This document shows, piece by piece, positions 29,243-38,867 of a stretch of 56,370 nucleotides of DNA (within the stretch, counting starts at the first letter, position 1; every line of letters begins with the position of its first letter). The position numbers and the translations under genes were made by a program. The notes under the pieces were generated by a model. That model had not been told where the DNA came from and made no database searches. It was given only the letters and a program-made list of their open reading frames with translations. The stretch comes from an uncultured Anaerolineaceae bacterium. GTDB lineage: Bacteria; Chloroflexota; Anaerolineae; Anaerolineales; E44-bin32. The stretch lies in NCBI GenBank assembly GCA_964492235.1, contig CAZBJQ010000002.1, positions 1-56,370 on the forward strand, read 5' to 3'.

Positions 29243-29788
29243 CTAATGCTGCGGAACCTGAGAGACCGCAGAAACTCGCATGTGCACTAGGTCGGGGCTG
29301 AGCAGGCCTGCAAGGAGAACCGCGAGCTCCCGCTCCGTCTGGACACGGATGCGAACGTTCGAGTCTTCGGCAGCAAAGTCATGCGGATACTCTACCAGTG
29401 TGTCTTCCCTGGTCAGCCCGTTGTGCAGGGCATAGGCCAGTGCGGCCTCGGCGGCTTCGGTCTGGACCGGCGCCGACACCAAGGTAGCCCGGTCTTCGTC
29501 GGTCAACCAGGCTGCGGGCTGCCCGGGCGGAGGCGTGGGGGTGCAGGCGCCGGCTGGCGCGGTTGAACACAGGGTATCTTCGGCGGCCTGAGTCTGATGT
29601 ATGGCGGCCAACGTGACAACGTGCTCGGCGGCCACGCCGATGCCGGCATCGGCCGCGGCCTGAACCGCCCGCTTTGTCCGCCCGTGTTCGAGGTAGAGCC
29701 GCCCGCCATCGACAACCACGGCGAGCAGCAGCAGCGCCACGCTCAGCAGCACCGCCGCGATCACAAGAATCTGTCCGCGTGGCCTCAC
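29243..29788 (-). CDS. TadG/TadE-G-like putative pseudopilin (Tad_N domain)
   Basis: RGQILVIAAVLLSVALLLLAVVVDGGRLYLEHGRTKRAVQAAADAG is present. GTG 29788 overlaps the TGA of the upstream tadE-like gene (GTGA). Confidence 0.7.
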   Translation of the reverse strand: MRPRGQILVIAAVLLSVALLLLAVVVDGGRLYLEHGRTKRAVQAAADAGIGVAAEHVVTLAAIHQTQAAEDTLCSTAPAGACTPTPPPGQPAAWLTDEDRATLVSAPVQTEAAEAALAYALHNGLTREDTLVEYPHDFAAEDSNVRIRVQTERELAVLLAGLLSPDLVHMRVSAVSQVPQH

Positions 29789-30255
29789 GGGTTCTGGTAC
29801 TCCATCCGGCACACTGCCTCGGCGCGCAGCGGGACCGTCAGCTGCACCGGGAGGTACAGCGTGACCGGATACTGCAGGCGGACGGTCAGCGGATGACCGC
29901 GGGGCATCGGCCAGGGCTGATCACGCGGGTATTCGGTTTGCCGGGGCGCGATTTCGGTCACCAGCTTCGTCGTATCCAGCCCCGCTGCCGCCTGGTGGAC
30001 GGCGGCCACGATCTCCTCATCTCCGTGCTCGGGGTCCGAAAGCGTTGCACCGGCGCGCGCCCCCTCCCAGGCGGCCTGGGTAAGGATGATGTCGGATGTC
30101 ACCAGCCACCCGAAATTGACCGTTCCCAGGATCACCAGCAGCAAGATCGGCAGCACCAGCGCAAGCTCGACGATCGCCTGTGCCGGGTGGGCCCTTCGCT
30201 CCGTCTGCTTCGGCCGTCTGGCGTCCAAGGAATGCTTACAGGGCATCCAGCGCAC
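29785..30255 (-). CDS. TadE-like protein
   Basis: AQAIVELALVLPILLLVILGTVNFGW is a typical TadE N-terminal domain. Confidence 0.8.
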   Translation of the reverse strand: MRWMPCKHSLDARRPKQTERRAHPAQAIVELALVLPILLLVILGTVNFGWLVTSDIILTQAAWEGARAGATLSDPEHGDEEIVAAVHQAAAGLDTTKLVTEIAPRQTEYPRDQPWPMPRGHPLTVRLQYPVTLYLPVQLTVPLRAEAVCRMEYQNP

Positions 30256-30265
30256 GGGGATCGCC

Positions 30266-31147
30266 TCAGCGCATCAGGAAAAGGTGCAACAATGGAGGGG
30301 CGAGGTAGACGATCAAGAGGGCGGGCAGGAAGAAGAACACGAGCGGAAATAGGATCAGGATCGGTAGGCGTCGGCCGGCCTCCTGCGCCCTCCGCCTGCG
30401 GGCAGCCCTCAGGAGTTCATTCTGCACACGCAGGGCCTCCGCCAGTGGTGTTCCCAGGACTTCGGCCTGATGCACCGCAGCCACGAAAGCCCGCACCTCT
30501 TGTGAGCCCGTGCGTCTGGCGAAGGAGTCCATTGCCCGAGCATGGGGGAATCCGAGGTCGAGGTCGCGAATCACCCTCCGCAGCTCGTCGCCCAGGCAGC
30601 CGGGAAGCCCGGGGGCCAGTCGCCGGAGAGCGACCTCGAACCCCAGCCCGGCTTGCAGACCGAAAGCAAGCCGATCGAGCAGATCGGGGAGCGCCAGGGT
30701 AATGTCCTGCTGGCGCCGCTGGACACGAAGTCCCAGCCATAGGCGCGGAGTGAGCAGTCCTGCCGCCAAGAGCAGGCTGACCGTCGTCCAGCCCAGCAGG
30801 TCGAGGGGACGAGCCAGGACGACCAGGCAGGCGGCGGCGATCGAGGTCCACAAGCTCAGCCACTGAAGACTCACGAACTGCCTTCCGGTCAGCCGGACCT
30901 CCGCATAGCCGAGTTGCTGTCCCAGCATCGGCTGGTCGAAGCGACGAAGAACCCATGCCGGCGGAGGCAAGGCCTGCAGGATGGATATCAGTTTCTCGGC
31001 CCTCCTGGGGCCGGCGTTTGGCGGCGCAGGCTCCAGCGATCGGGCTTCCCCTCCCATCCAGGCAACGGCCGCGCGCGCACTGAGGAAGACTGCCAGCGCT
31101 ATCATGGCAGGGATGGCGAGGCTGAGGCATGGCGTGATCACGGTCAT
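30266..31147 (-). CDS. tadC: Type II secretion system F family protein, TadC-like
   Basis: The T2SSF domain reads LPDLLDRLAFGLQAGLGFEVALRRL..., with the C-terminal TM pair LPILILFPLVFFFLPALLIVYLAP. Confidence 0.85.
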   Translation of the reverse strand: MTVITPCLSLAIPAMIALAVFLSARAAVAWMGGEARSLEPAPPNAGPRRAEKLISILQALPPPAWVLRRFDQPMLGQQLGYAEVRLTGRQFVSLQWLSLWTSIAAACLVVLARPLDLLGWTTVSLLLAAGLLTPRLWLGLRVQRRQQDITLALPDLLDRLAFGLQAGLGFEVALRRLAPGLPGCLGDELRRVIRDLDLGFPHARAMDSFARRTGSQEVRAFVAAVHQAEVLGTPLAEALRVQNELLRAARRRRAQEAGRRLPILILFPLVFFFLPALLIVYLAPPLLHLFLMR

Positions 31148-31165
31148 GGCGCTTACCTGTAGTCC

Positions 31166-32239
31166 TCAGTAGCGGAGTCGCACAAGGCGCGAGATCGCCA
31201 GCCATCCCAGGATTTGCAGAATGATCGTCAGCACAAGCAAGGCCTGACCTACCAGGGTCCCAAACAGGACGTCGATGTATCGCGGGTTGGAGAAGAGCAG
31301 CACGGCGGCGGAAACGGGGACGAGCGCCGCGACGATCCACCCGGATAGCTTGCCCTGGGAGGTCACGGCCTGCACCTCACGCTCGATATCGGCGCGCTCC
31401 CTCAGCAAGGCGGAAGTCTGATGAAGCATCGCCACAAGGTCCCCGCCAAAGGACCTCTGCAAGTTGATGCCGTCGAGAGCGAACGCCAGAGACGGCTCGG
31501 GGAAGACATCAAGCACATCGCTGAGAGTCCGTTCGATCGGAAATCCCAGCTGCAACCTCAGGTTGAGCCAGGTCATGACCTGCGAAGCCGGGAAAGGAAG
31601 CTCCCCTGCGGAGAACGACACCGCCTGAGGGAACGAAAGGCCGGCGGCCAGGCCCGCCGCCATCGCGTCTAGCGCCTCGGGCAGTTGCTGCTCCAGCCGG
31701 CGGCGCGCGTTCCCCGCCCTGGCCCGGACCGACCGGACTAAGATGAAGGCAACGCCTCCTGCCATGGCTGCTGCCAGCAATGGGCCGGCAATGCGCAGTC
31801 CAATGCCACCTCCGATAGCCGCCGCCAGGCTGATCAGGAGCAGATACCTGGAAGCCTTGTCTCCGTATCCGGCGTCGGACCAATCCCTCGACAGCCGGCG
31901 AGCGGATGGCAGGTGCAGCAAGGGTGCAAGCAGCCATTCAAACGCATCTTGCTTCGGTTTGCGCCTTCGACCGGCGTCTCTCCCCGCGGCGATCGCCGGG
32001 AGTCCTGTCCTGACTGCGGCTCTCCCTCGCCACACAGCCTCACGCTTGCGCCGCTCCAGGATCAGGGAGATGAGCAAGAGCGCCGTCAGGACGGCCAGCC
32101 CGGTAGCGAGGCTAGGAAAGAGTGCAGGATGCCCTGCGAGGGTCAGGTGGAACCAAGGCGCAAACGGGAGCAGGAGCAGGACCAGCCCTGCAGTGGCGGC
32201 GACGAGCCCTGCCATCCGTTTCCAAGGGTGGATGCCCAT
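31166..32239 (-). CDS. tadB: Type II secretion system F family protein, TadB-like
   Basis: LPEALDAMAAGLAAGLSFPQAV and ..VQAVTSQGKLSGWIVAALVPV are present. ATG 32239 lies 4 nt after the tadA stop. Confidence 0.85.
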   Translation of the reverse strand: MGIHPWKRMAGLVAATAGLVLLLLPFAPWFHLTLAGHPALFPSLATGLAVLTALLLISLILERRKREAVWRGRAAVRTGLPAIAAGRDAGRRRKPKQDAFEWLLAPLLHLPSARRLSRDWSDAGYGDKASRYLLLISLAAAIGGGIGLRIAGPLLAAAMAGGVAFILVRSVRARAGNARRRLEQQLPEALDAMAAGLAAGLSFPQAVSFSAGELPFPASQVMTWLNLRLQLGFPIERTLSDVLDVFPEPSLAFALDGINLQRSFGGDLVAMLHQTSALLRERADIEREVQAVTSQGKLSGWIVAALVPVSAAVLLFSNPRYIDVLFGTLVGQALLVLTIILQILGWLAISRLVRLRY

Positions 32240-32243
32240 CTCT

Positions 32244-33446
32244 CTATCCCGGCATGAGCCGCGGGCTGCTCCACCCACCGCGCGAGTCGAAGACGAACGC
32301 CGGATCAAGATGCAGCAGGTCCTCCGCGCGCGGGCGCAGCGTGAAGATGTCCGTCAGCACGCGGCGGCCATCGGTCAGGCGGTCCTGCTGCACTATGACC
32401 TCGATGGCGCCGGCGATCATTCGACGAATCGCGGACAGCGGCAGATCGAAGCCGGCCATCAACACCATGGATTCGAGCCGCACCAGCGCATCCGCCGGGG
32501 AGTTGGCGTGGAGGGTCGTCATCGACCCACGGTGCCCGGTATTCATCGCTTGCAGCATGTCGAACGCCTCACCGCCCCTCACCTCCCCCACGATGATTCG
32601 ATCCGGACGCATGCGCAGTGCATTCCGGACAAGAGTCCGGATGCTGATTTCGCCCTGGCCCTCAATGTTGGGGGGCCGGGCCTCCAGGGAGACGAGGTGG
32701 GCATACTGCAGCCGCAGCTCGGCTGCGTCCTCGATTGTGATCAGGCGTTCCCCCGCCGGAATGCACAGGCTGAGGGCGTTGAGCGTACTGGTCTTACCCG
32801 ATCCCGTCCCGCCAGAGACCAGGATGCTGCGCCGGGCATGGACCGCTTCAGCCAGGAATTCGGCCATCTCCCGATTCAACGTCCGCAGTTCGACGAGCCG
32901 GGCGAGGGTAAAGGGGTCCCGCGAAAACTTGCGGATGGTCAGCACCGGACCACTGACTGCCAGTGGGGCGATGATGGCGTTCACGCGGGAGCCATCGGGC
33001 AGGCGCGCGTCCACTAGCGGACTGCTCTCATCGATCCTTCGCCCGATGGGCGCGACGATTCGATCAATGATGTGGCGCAGGTCGGCCTGATCACGGAAGG
33101 TTATGGCGGTCGGCTCGATGCGGCCATGGCGCTCGACAAACACGTGCGCCGGATCATTGACCATGATCTCGGTGACGTCCGGGTCATCCAGCAAGGGCTG
33201 GAGGGGGCCGATCCCCAGAACCCGATCGACCACGGTCCTGACCAGGCTGTCGTGCTGGGCCCGGCTGAGAAGCCACGGGCGTCGGCAGGCCAGCCTTTCG
33301 GTGCGCTCAGTCAGCACCTCCCAGTCTGGAATGGACGGCAGCTGTCCAGCTATTATGTCGGCGGCGATGCTCTCGGCCACCAGCGTGTGCAGTTCGTCTT
33401 CGAGCGCGATAAGGTCCGGCGATGAGCCCGATGGCGCAAGCGTCAA
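32244..33446 (-). CDS. tadA: CpaF/TadA family pilus-assembly ATPase
   Basis: Walker A (VSGGTGSGKTSTLNAL), the Asp box/Walker B region (RLITIEDAAEL), the His box (MNTGHRGSMTTLHAN) and RPDRIIVGEVRGGEAFD are present. TTG 33446 lies 7 nt after GGAAGGAGG and overlaps the upstream stop (TTGA). Confidence 0.95.
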   Translation of the reverse strand: MTLAPSGSSPDLIALEDELHTLVAESIAADIIAGQLPSIPDWEVLTERTERLACRRPWLLSRAQHDSLVRTVVDRVLGIGPLQPLLDDPDVTEIMVNDPAHVFVERHGRIEPTAITFRDQADLRHIIDRIVAPIGRRIDESSPLVDARLPDGSRVNAIIAPLAVSGPVLTIRKFSRDPFTLARLVELRTLNREMAEFLAEAVHARRSILVSGGTGSGKTSTLNALSLCIPAGERLITIEDAAELRLQYAHLVSLEARPPNIEGQGEISIRTLVRNALRMRPDRIIVGEVRGGEAFDMLQAMNTGHRGSMTTLHANSPADALVRLESMVLMAGFDLPLSAIRRMIAGAIEVIVQQDRLTDGRRVLTDIFTLRPRAEDLLHLDPAFVFDSRGGWSSPRLMPG

Positions 33447-34204
33447 CTGGCCGCCTCCTTCCTGGAAACCGATGGGCCGCTGTCGGGGCCCGGCCGTGCA
33501 TGCCGGGCCTGAGAGACCTCGAGCCGCTGGGCCAGAGAGCGGACGGAGGACCCATACTGGCTGCCCTTCATCAGGACGGCCGGAAGGCCCAGGTGAACCT
33601 GTTCCCCTATTGCCTGGGCATCCCTCGGCAAGGACGCCCACAGCGGGAGCCCGAGGGCGTGGGCCGCGCCTTCCGGCGAGAGCGGTTGCCCAGGGGTCAC
33701 CTGGTTGAGTGCGAGTGCGAATCTGCGGCGGTACGCGCTCGGGACGGCTGCCATCAGGCGCCGTCCGTTCCGCAGGCAGGGCGGGTCAGCCGTGATGAGG
33801 AGCAGCACGTGATCTGCCTCGCGAAGCAGAGCCTCATCAAACGGAAGCGAAGCAGAGACATCCAGGACAAGCCAGACGAAATGGGGCGCCAGCACCGAGA
33901 CCAGCGCCGGCAGCGAGTCGGTGACGGGTTGGCTTGAGGCCGGCGCGGCGAGCAGGAGCAAGCCGGAGGCATGTCGGCAGGTTGCCAGGGCGAGGTGATC
34001 GTCAGTCAACTCACCAGCGAGCCCCGTCAACTCCGCCCAGGATTGCTGGGGATCGAGGTCAAGCAGCACGTCGTCCACCCCAAACAAGGGGTGGACATCC
34101 ACCAGCAGCGTCGGCGAGCGGATGGACAGGGCAACGGCCAGATTGGCTGCCAGGAGCGACGCACCGGCGCCACCTTTGGGGGCAACAATCAGGATTGTGG
34201 GCAT
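33443..34204 (-). CDS. TadZ/CpaE-like ParA/MinD-fold protein (ATPase domain only)
   Basis: ILIVAPKGGAGASLLAANLAVAL is a deviant Walker A lacking the GK[ST] lysine, as I recall for the TadZ family. It sits between cpaB and tadA. No N-terminal receiver-like domain is present. Confidence 0.7.
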   Translation of the reverse strand: MPTILIVAPKGGAGASLLAANLAVALSIRSPTLLVDVHPLFGVDDVLLDLDPQQSWAELTGLAGELTDDHLALATCRHASGLLLLAAPASSQPVTDSLPALVSVLAPHFVWLVLDVSASLPFDEALLREADHVLLLITADPPCLRNGRRLMAAVPSAYRRRFALALNQVTPGQPLSPEGAAHALGLPLWASLPRDAQAIGEQVHLGLPAVLMKGSQYGSSVRSLAQRLEVSQARHARPGPDSGPSVSRKEAAS

Positions 34205-34206
34205 GC

Positions 34207-34947
34207 CTAAGGCGCGGCGGCCCGAGTCAGAAGAAGCATGTGAAAGCCGCTGGATCTGGCGACCAGGACCGCTTGCGCCTGGTCGAGGGAGACGGCGAGG
34301 TAGATCCGCTCTGGAACCTCCGGGGACCCGGCCGCTCCGAGGATCTCAACATTACTCAACACCAATCCAGTCGCGTCCTCCGCTGCGTCCGGGCGGGTGG
34401 CCAGCAGCTCGATTCGATCGCCGGCCGCCAAAGGCGGCGGCGGGCCAGCCAGCCACCCTGCAGGGAGGACCATCGCCAGCTGGCCGGCCGGGACTAGGTG
34501 GGCGATTCCCCCTTGCTCGCCTCGCCGTAGCTTGCTTGCCAGGAGGACTTCCCCCCTCTCGATTGGCACCTGGGCCGTGCGGCCCACGGCTTGCGAAGGA
34601 CGGTCCAGACTGCCGTCCGGCAGCAGGTCGGCTGGGTAGAGCCGGACCTCGACCATGTCTTGGGTGATCAGTGTGCCGGGGCGGATGGCGAGGCGTGCGG
34701 AGAGGGCGTCCCGCGACGGGAGGGCGGAGCGCCGCAGATCCTCCAGGTAGACAAAGACCAGGGCGCCCGCAAGGACAGCGAGGAGAATAGCAAGCAGCAG
34801 GTAGTAGACCGAGCGGCGTCGGGACCCGCCTCCCCAGGCCGGTGTCGTGGCCGGCGCAGGCGCCGCCCGGCCGCTCAACTGCGTGCCTCTCGCGGCTGGG
34901 GGGCAAGACTGGAGAGCACCCCCCGGCCGAGTGAGGCGACGCCCCAT
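34207..34947 (-). CDS. cpaB: Flp pilus assembly protein CpaB/RcpC-like (TM anchor plus SAF domain)
   Basis: The N-terminal TM helix is YYLLLAILLAVLAGALVFVY. It is followed by SAF-like LAIRPGTLITQDMV and C-terminal GDRIELL. This is the first gene of the operon. Confidence 0.8.
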   Translation of the reverse strand: MGRRLTRPGGALQSCPPAARGTQLSGRAAPAPATTPAWGGGSRRRSVYYLLLAILLAVLAGALVFVYLEDLRRSALPSRDALSARLAIRPGTLITQDMVEVRLYPADLLPDGSLDRPSQAVGRTAQVPIERGEVLLASKLRRGEQGGIAHLVPAGQLAMVLPAGWLAGPPPPLAAGDRIELLATRPDAAEDATGLVLSNVEILGAAGSPEVPERIYLAVSLDQAQAVLVARSSGFHMLLLTRAAAP

Positions 34948-35631
34948 GTGGCACAGCAGGCCCTCAGAGGCGTGGGCGCGGCGGATCCGTCAACGAAGCC
35001 AAGAGGAACGAAAGACAGGGGAAGACGCCGCATGCGCCAGCACCCCCTTCTGCATGCGCGGTGCGATGACGTCTGAAGTGACTTTAGCATGCGACTCCGT
35101 ACCGAGTCAACCTGGTGTATGGTTCAGGACATGCGAGACAGGCTGCAATCGCCACCTGCCGTGCAGGGGGTGGGGGTCAGACGGATGGAAGCAGGGCCGC
35201 CCACAGAAAGGCGAGCGCTCCCCTCATGGCCTCATATCTATGTGAACCTACTCACCTGGAGCCCGGCTCGGGCGCCCGAGGCTTCGATTTCGCCGGGGAC
35301 CCCCCTTCCTGCCCATAGGAGCGTCGGAATCTGAGCAGGACTGGCGGCGGAGGGCGCTCCTTCTCTCTCCTCCCTGTCTTGACCGGGCTCTCGACGGCCG
35401 GTGTCCCCGTAGGCCGGCCCACCGAGGTCGTTCAGGGTGTACCCTGTGCGTGGCGTGCAGGGCCCGAGCCATTCTCATCGGTCGAGGCCCAACGTCTGAG
35501 GCGGGCCGGGAGGCGGGGCGGCGTGGGGTGCTCTGCTCCCCACAGATAGGGGCTGCGGCCGCCGACACGGAGGGGGCGGCGAACGAGGTCCGCCTCAGCT
35601 TCAGCACGATCAGCCTCCAGGAGGTAAGCGA

Positions 35632-36093
35632 ATGGAGAGGTTCCGATTCTGGCAGCGCTGGTTGGTGGCGGTTACCTTGTTCGTCATCGCCTTCGGACTG
35701 GCTATGGCCGTGCTGGTCGGCACGCCGGCCTTCGCCCCGTTCCACAACCAGATCGACCCCGTGTTCTGGTCATCCGGCTGGATCCCTGAGTCGACAGTGC
35801 GGTTTCGGACCTGGATGCTGAGTGCCTGGGGGGCCACGGTCGCCGGCTGGGGCGTCAGCCTGTTCTTCCTGGCACGCTACCCCTTCCGCAGCCGGGACCC
35901 ATGGGCCTGGAAGGCCATCGCCTGGAGCGTCCTGTTGTGGTTCGTTCTCGACACCAGCGTGTCGCTGATGTACGGCGTGGTGTTCAACGCCGGGTTCAAC
36001 CTGTTGTTGATGATCCTGGCCGGTGTCCCGTTGCTCGCCACCCGTAAGGCCTTCGCCCGCAAGGGAGATGACCATTCCGGCCACCCAGCCTAG
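35632..36093 (+). CDS. Hypothetical 4-TM membrane protein
   Basis: ATG follows GGAGG. The peptide MERFRFWQRWLVAVTLFVIAFGLAMAVLV... was not assigned to any family. Confidence 0.5.
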   Translation: MERFRFWQRWLVAVTLFVIAFGLAMAVLVGTPAFAPFHNQIDPVFWSSGWIPESTVRFRTWMLSAWGATVAGWGVSLFFLARYPFRSRDPWAWKAIAWSVLLWFVLDTSVSLMYGVVFNAGFNLLLMILAGVPLLATRKAFARKGDDHSGHPA

Positions 36094-36354
36094 CTGGGAT
36101 CGCCGGGAGTCTCCCCTCGACGTGCCTGCGATCGGCCAGGCGCCGACCGGAACGGCCGAGGCGGCGTGCTGTGCGCCTCCAGCGAGGGCAGCAGGCCTGT
36201 GTCGGCTGGACCTCTGCGGTCGAGGCATGGGATACTCTCGGAGGCGAGGCGGACCTCCGCCCCGCCGCCAGGTCCGCAGTTGGAAGCGATGCCGGCCATC
36301 GGTTGGGCTGGCCGGGCTTAGGGTCCGAACATCGGGGAGGGAGGGGCAAGGAAG

Positions 36355-37074
36355 ATGTCGATGGAGCAGAGGATTCGCCAGGCGCTGGCGTTCGGGCGAA
36401 GGGAAGAAGACCGCCTGCTGGCGGCGGTTCCCGTGAGCCGGCGGACCGTCCCGAGCAAGCCGGACGACTGGTCGGCCAAGGACACGATCGTGCACTTCGC
36501 TGCCTGGAGGCTGGTCTTCACCCAGTCGCTCGAGATTCCGGCCGTCCCGCTGGACGACTACGGGCCGGATGAGACGGACCAGGTCAACCAGGTGATCTAC
36601 TCGAGCGCCAAGGACCTGACTTGGCTGCAGGCGGAGGCCGTCCTGCATCACGCCCAGCAGCGAATGCTGGATGCATTGGAGCGGTTGGACGAGGCGGCTC
36701 TCATCGACCCTCAGCGCTACGCTTGGCAGCGCGGGCAGCCGCTGTGGCGCCGCATTCTGGGCTCGGTCATCCTGCATCCAGCCATCCACTATTCCCTGGT
36801 CTACCGTTGGTTGGGAAAGAGGGACGAGTCGCTCCGGGCGCAGGAGCGCCTGCTGCATGCCATGCAGGCGGTCAGCGACAGCCCCGAGTGGCTGGGGGTA
36901 GGTCGGTACAACCTGGCGTGCACCTACGCGCAGGATGGCGAGAAAGGCCGAGCGCTTGCCCTCCTGGCAGAGGCGCTCAGGCTGCGCCCGGACCTGGCCG
37001 AATGGTCGAAGCAGGATCCGGACTTCGCTTCGCTCCGGGATGACCCCGATTACCTTGCCCTGTACCCGGTTTGA
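36355..37074 (+). CDS. DinB/ClbS-like helical-bundle domain protein with a C-terminal TPR-like segment
   Basis: WSAKDTIVHFAAWRLVF and ILHPAIHYSLVY are His-containing helices. The C-terminus reads GRYNLACTYAQDGEKGRALALLAEALRLRPDLAEWSKQDPDFASLRDDPDY. Confidence 0.5.
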   Translation: MSMEQRIRQALAFGRREEDRLLAAVPVSRRTVPSKPDDWSAKDTIVHFAAWRLVFTQSLEIPAVPLDDYGPDETDQVNQVIYSSAKDLTWLQAEAVLHHAQQRMLDALERLDEAALIDPQRYAWQRGQPLWRRILGSVILHPAIHYSLVYRWLGKRDESLRAQERLLHAMQAVSDSPEWLGVGRYNLACTYAQDGEKGRALALLAEALRLRPDLAEWSKQDPDFASLRDDPDYLALYPV

Positions 37075-37532
37075 TTTGCCTCCGGCACCGGAGAACCAGG
37101 ACAAACCGCCGGGGCCCCCACGTCCTGCACTCGATGGGCTCCCACGGCCGGGACGGACCAAGAGACGATCCGACGTACAAGGGGGAGACTTCTCACAGAA
37201 GGCCTGTGGCGCCACATTCGCCACCCGATCGAGTTCGGCGATGCCGTTGAGTGGGTGTGGTTGCTGTTTGGCCCGGCGCGGGCGGCGCATGCGCCCTGGA
37301 CGGTGTTGAGCCCGGTCCTGAGACGGGCGTGGGCGTGCGGAGATCCGGCGTCGCCAAGCTCGAGCGCATACTTGCCCACGGCCAGCCCGGCTCTGGGCGC
37401 TTAGCGGATAGCACCAACGCCTTCGTGATTCTGCCCTCCCGGCGGCTTGGATGAGGGTGCGGTGGTCGATGCCGGAGATCGGCGATCAAGGCGAGGCGGA
37501 CAACGTTGCGGGGAACCACACGGAGGCGGCAC

Positions 37533-37952
37533 ATGCGCAGCTATCGCAAGGAATTGTGGTTCAATGTCCCATCGAGGCGTGGCTTCATCAACATCACGCC
37601 GGAGGTGGACAGGTGCCTGGACGAAAGCGGGATCCAGGAAGGCCTGGTGTTGGTGAACGCCATGCACATCACGGCTTCGGTCTTCATCAATGACGATGAG
37701 GCCGGGCTTCATCACGACTACGAAATCTGGTTGGAGAAACTCGCCCCCCATGAACCGGTCAGCGGCTACCATCACAACCGCACGGGCGAAGACAACGCCG
37801 ACGCCCACATGAAGCGACAGGTGATGGGGCGCGAAGTTGTCGTCGCCGTCACGCAAGGCAAGCTGGACTTCGGCCCCTGGGAGCAGATCTTCTACGGGGA
37901 GTTTGACGGCCGCCGGCGCAAGCGCGTGCTGGTGAAGATTATTGGGGAGTAA
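37533..37952 (+). CDS. YjbQ/UPF0047 family protein (secondary thiamine-phosphate synthase-like)
   Basis: [30 protein letters not shown] and [44 protein letters not shown] are present. Confidence 0.9.
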   Translation: MRSYRKELWFNVPSRRGFINITPEVDRCLDESGIQEGLVLVNAMHITASVFINDDEAGLHHDYEIWLEKLAPHEPVSGYHHNRTGEDNADAHMKRQVMGREVVVAVTQGKLDFGPWEQIFYGEFDGRRRKRVLVKIIGE

Positions 37953-37990
37953 GCGGCGGGCATCGAGCCGCGAAAACGAGGGAGGAGCAG

Positions 37991-38614
37991 ATGAGAATCG
38001 CCTGGCCGCTGCTGTTGATCGCCGGCCTTCTGGCGGCTTGCGGGTCCCCGGCCCCCGCTCCGACGAGCGACGGCCCTGTTGCGGCGGAGACTCCCGCGGA
38101 AGCGCCCACGGCGGCAGCCCCCGGGACCATGTTGGTGACGGCCACCGGGGCCGCCGTGGAACCCTTGGTCCTTCACAGCCTGGCCTTCGGTGAGGGCGAG
38201 GCCATTCCAGTCGTGCACACGTGCGACGGCGACGATACCTCGCCGCCGATGTCCTGGGAGCATGTGCCGAAGGGCACCGTAAGCCTGTCCTTGATCATGA
38301 ACGACCCGGACGCCGGCGGCTGGGTACATTGGGCGGTGTTCAACCTGCCTGCCGAGGCCGACGGGCTGCCGGGCGGCATCGCGCCCGGGCCTCAGGTGCA
38401 GGCCGGCGGGAGGCATGGATCGAACACCTGGGGTGAGTTGGCCTACGGCGGTCCGTGCCCGCCTGCCGGGAGGCACCGCTACGTGTTCACGCTGTATGCC
38501 CTCGACTCGTCCATAGACCTTGACCCGGGCGCGACGCGAGAGCAGATCCTCCAGGCCGCCGAGGGGCATATCCTTGCCTCCGCCGAAACCACGGGCACAT
38601 ACCAACGACCCTAG
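37991..38614 (+). CDS. YbhB/YbcL (PEBP/Raf-kinase-inhibitor-like) family lipoprotein
   Basis: The lipobox is LLIAGLLAAC. The PEBP core reads SPPMSWEHVPKGTVSLSLIMNDPDA..WVHWAVFNLP...YGGPCPPAGRHRYVFTLYALD. Confidence 0.9.
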   Translation: MRIAWPLLLIAGLLAACGSPAPAPTSDGPVAAETPAEAPTAAAPGTMLVTATGAAVEPLVLHSLAFGEGEAIPVVHTCDGDDTSPPMSWEHVPKGTVSLSLIMNDPDAGGWVHWAVFNLPAEADGLPGGIAPGPQVQAGGRHGSNTWGELAYGGPCPPAGRHRYVFTLYALDSSIDLDPGATREQILQAAEGHILASAETTGTYQRP

Positions 38615-38867
38615 CCGCTCCCCGAGGGAGCAGGCCGGGCGTCGTCGGCGAGGCCTGTATGCGTCCGGGATCGGCCTCGCAGCTGTCGAGGGCGCGCCGC
38701 ACCCATCATCCCCAGTCCAAGTCCACCAGGGTCTTGCGCTGCTGCCAGACGAAGACGCAGCAAGCAGTAGGAAGCCAACATGGAAGCCAGTGTCGGGGGG
38801 CGGCATTGTGTGCGCCATGAGACCGCGACTTTCGTCCGCGTGGCCCTGTATAGCCTGGTAGAGTGCG

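Noticed and set aside
31743-33090. 424-aa and 322-aa plus-strand ORFs
   Set aside because: They lie antisense to tadA and tadB, which carry Walker A/B, His-box and T2SSF motifs.
33443-34204. Degenerate Walker A (KGGAGAS, no GK[ST] lysine) in the TadZ-like protein as a novelty
   Set aside because: As far as I recall, an atypical Walker A without the canonical lysine is a family trait of TadZ/CpaE-like proteins. It supports the annotation rather than being unusual.
34948-35631. Search for a Flp pilin gene upstream of cpaB
   Set aside because: I translated the minus-strand frames by hand. They contain only very short ORFs (16-22 codons) or the tail of a shadow ORF. None has a G/xxxxEY processing motif followed by a hydrophobic helix.
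35770-37290. 506-aa minus-strand ORF
   Set aside because: It lies antisense to the membrane-protein and DinB-like genes, both of which have Shine-Dalgarno-supported starts and recognisable features. Its composition is that of a shadow ORF.
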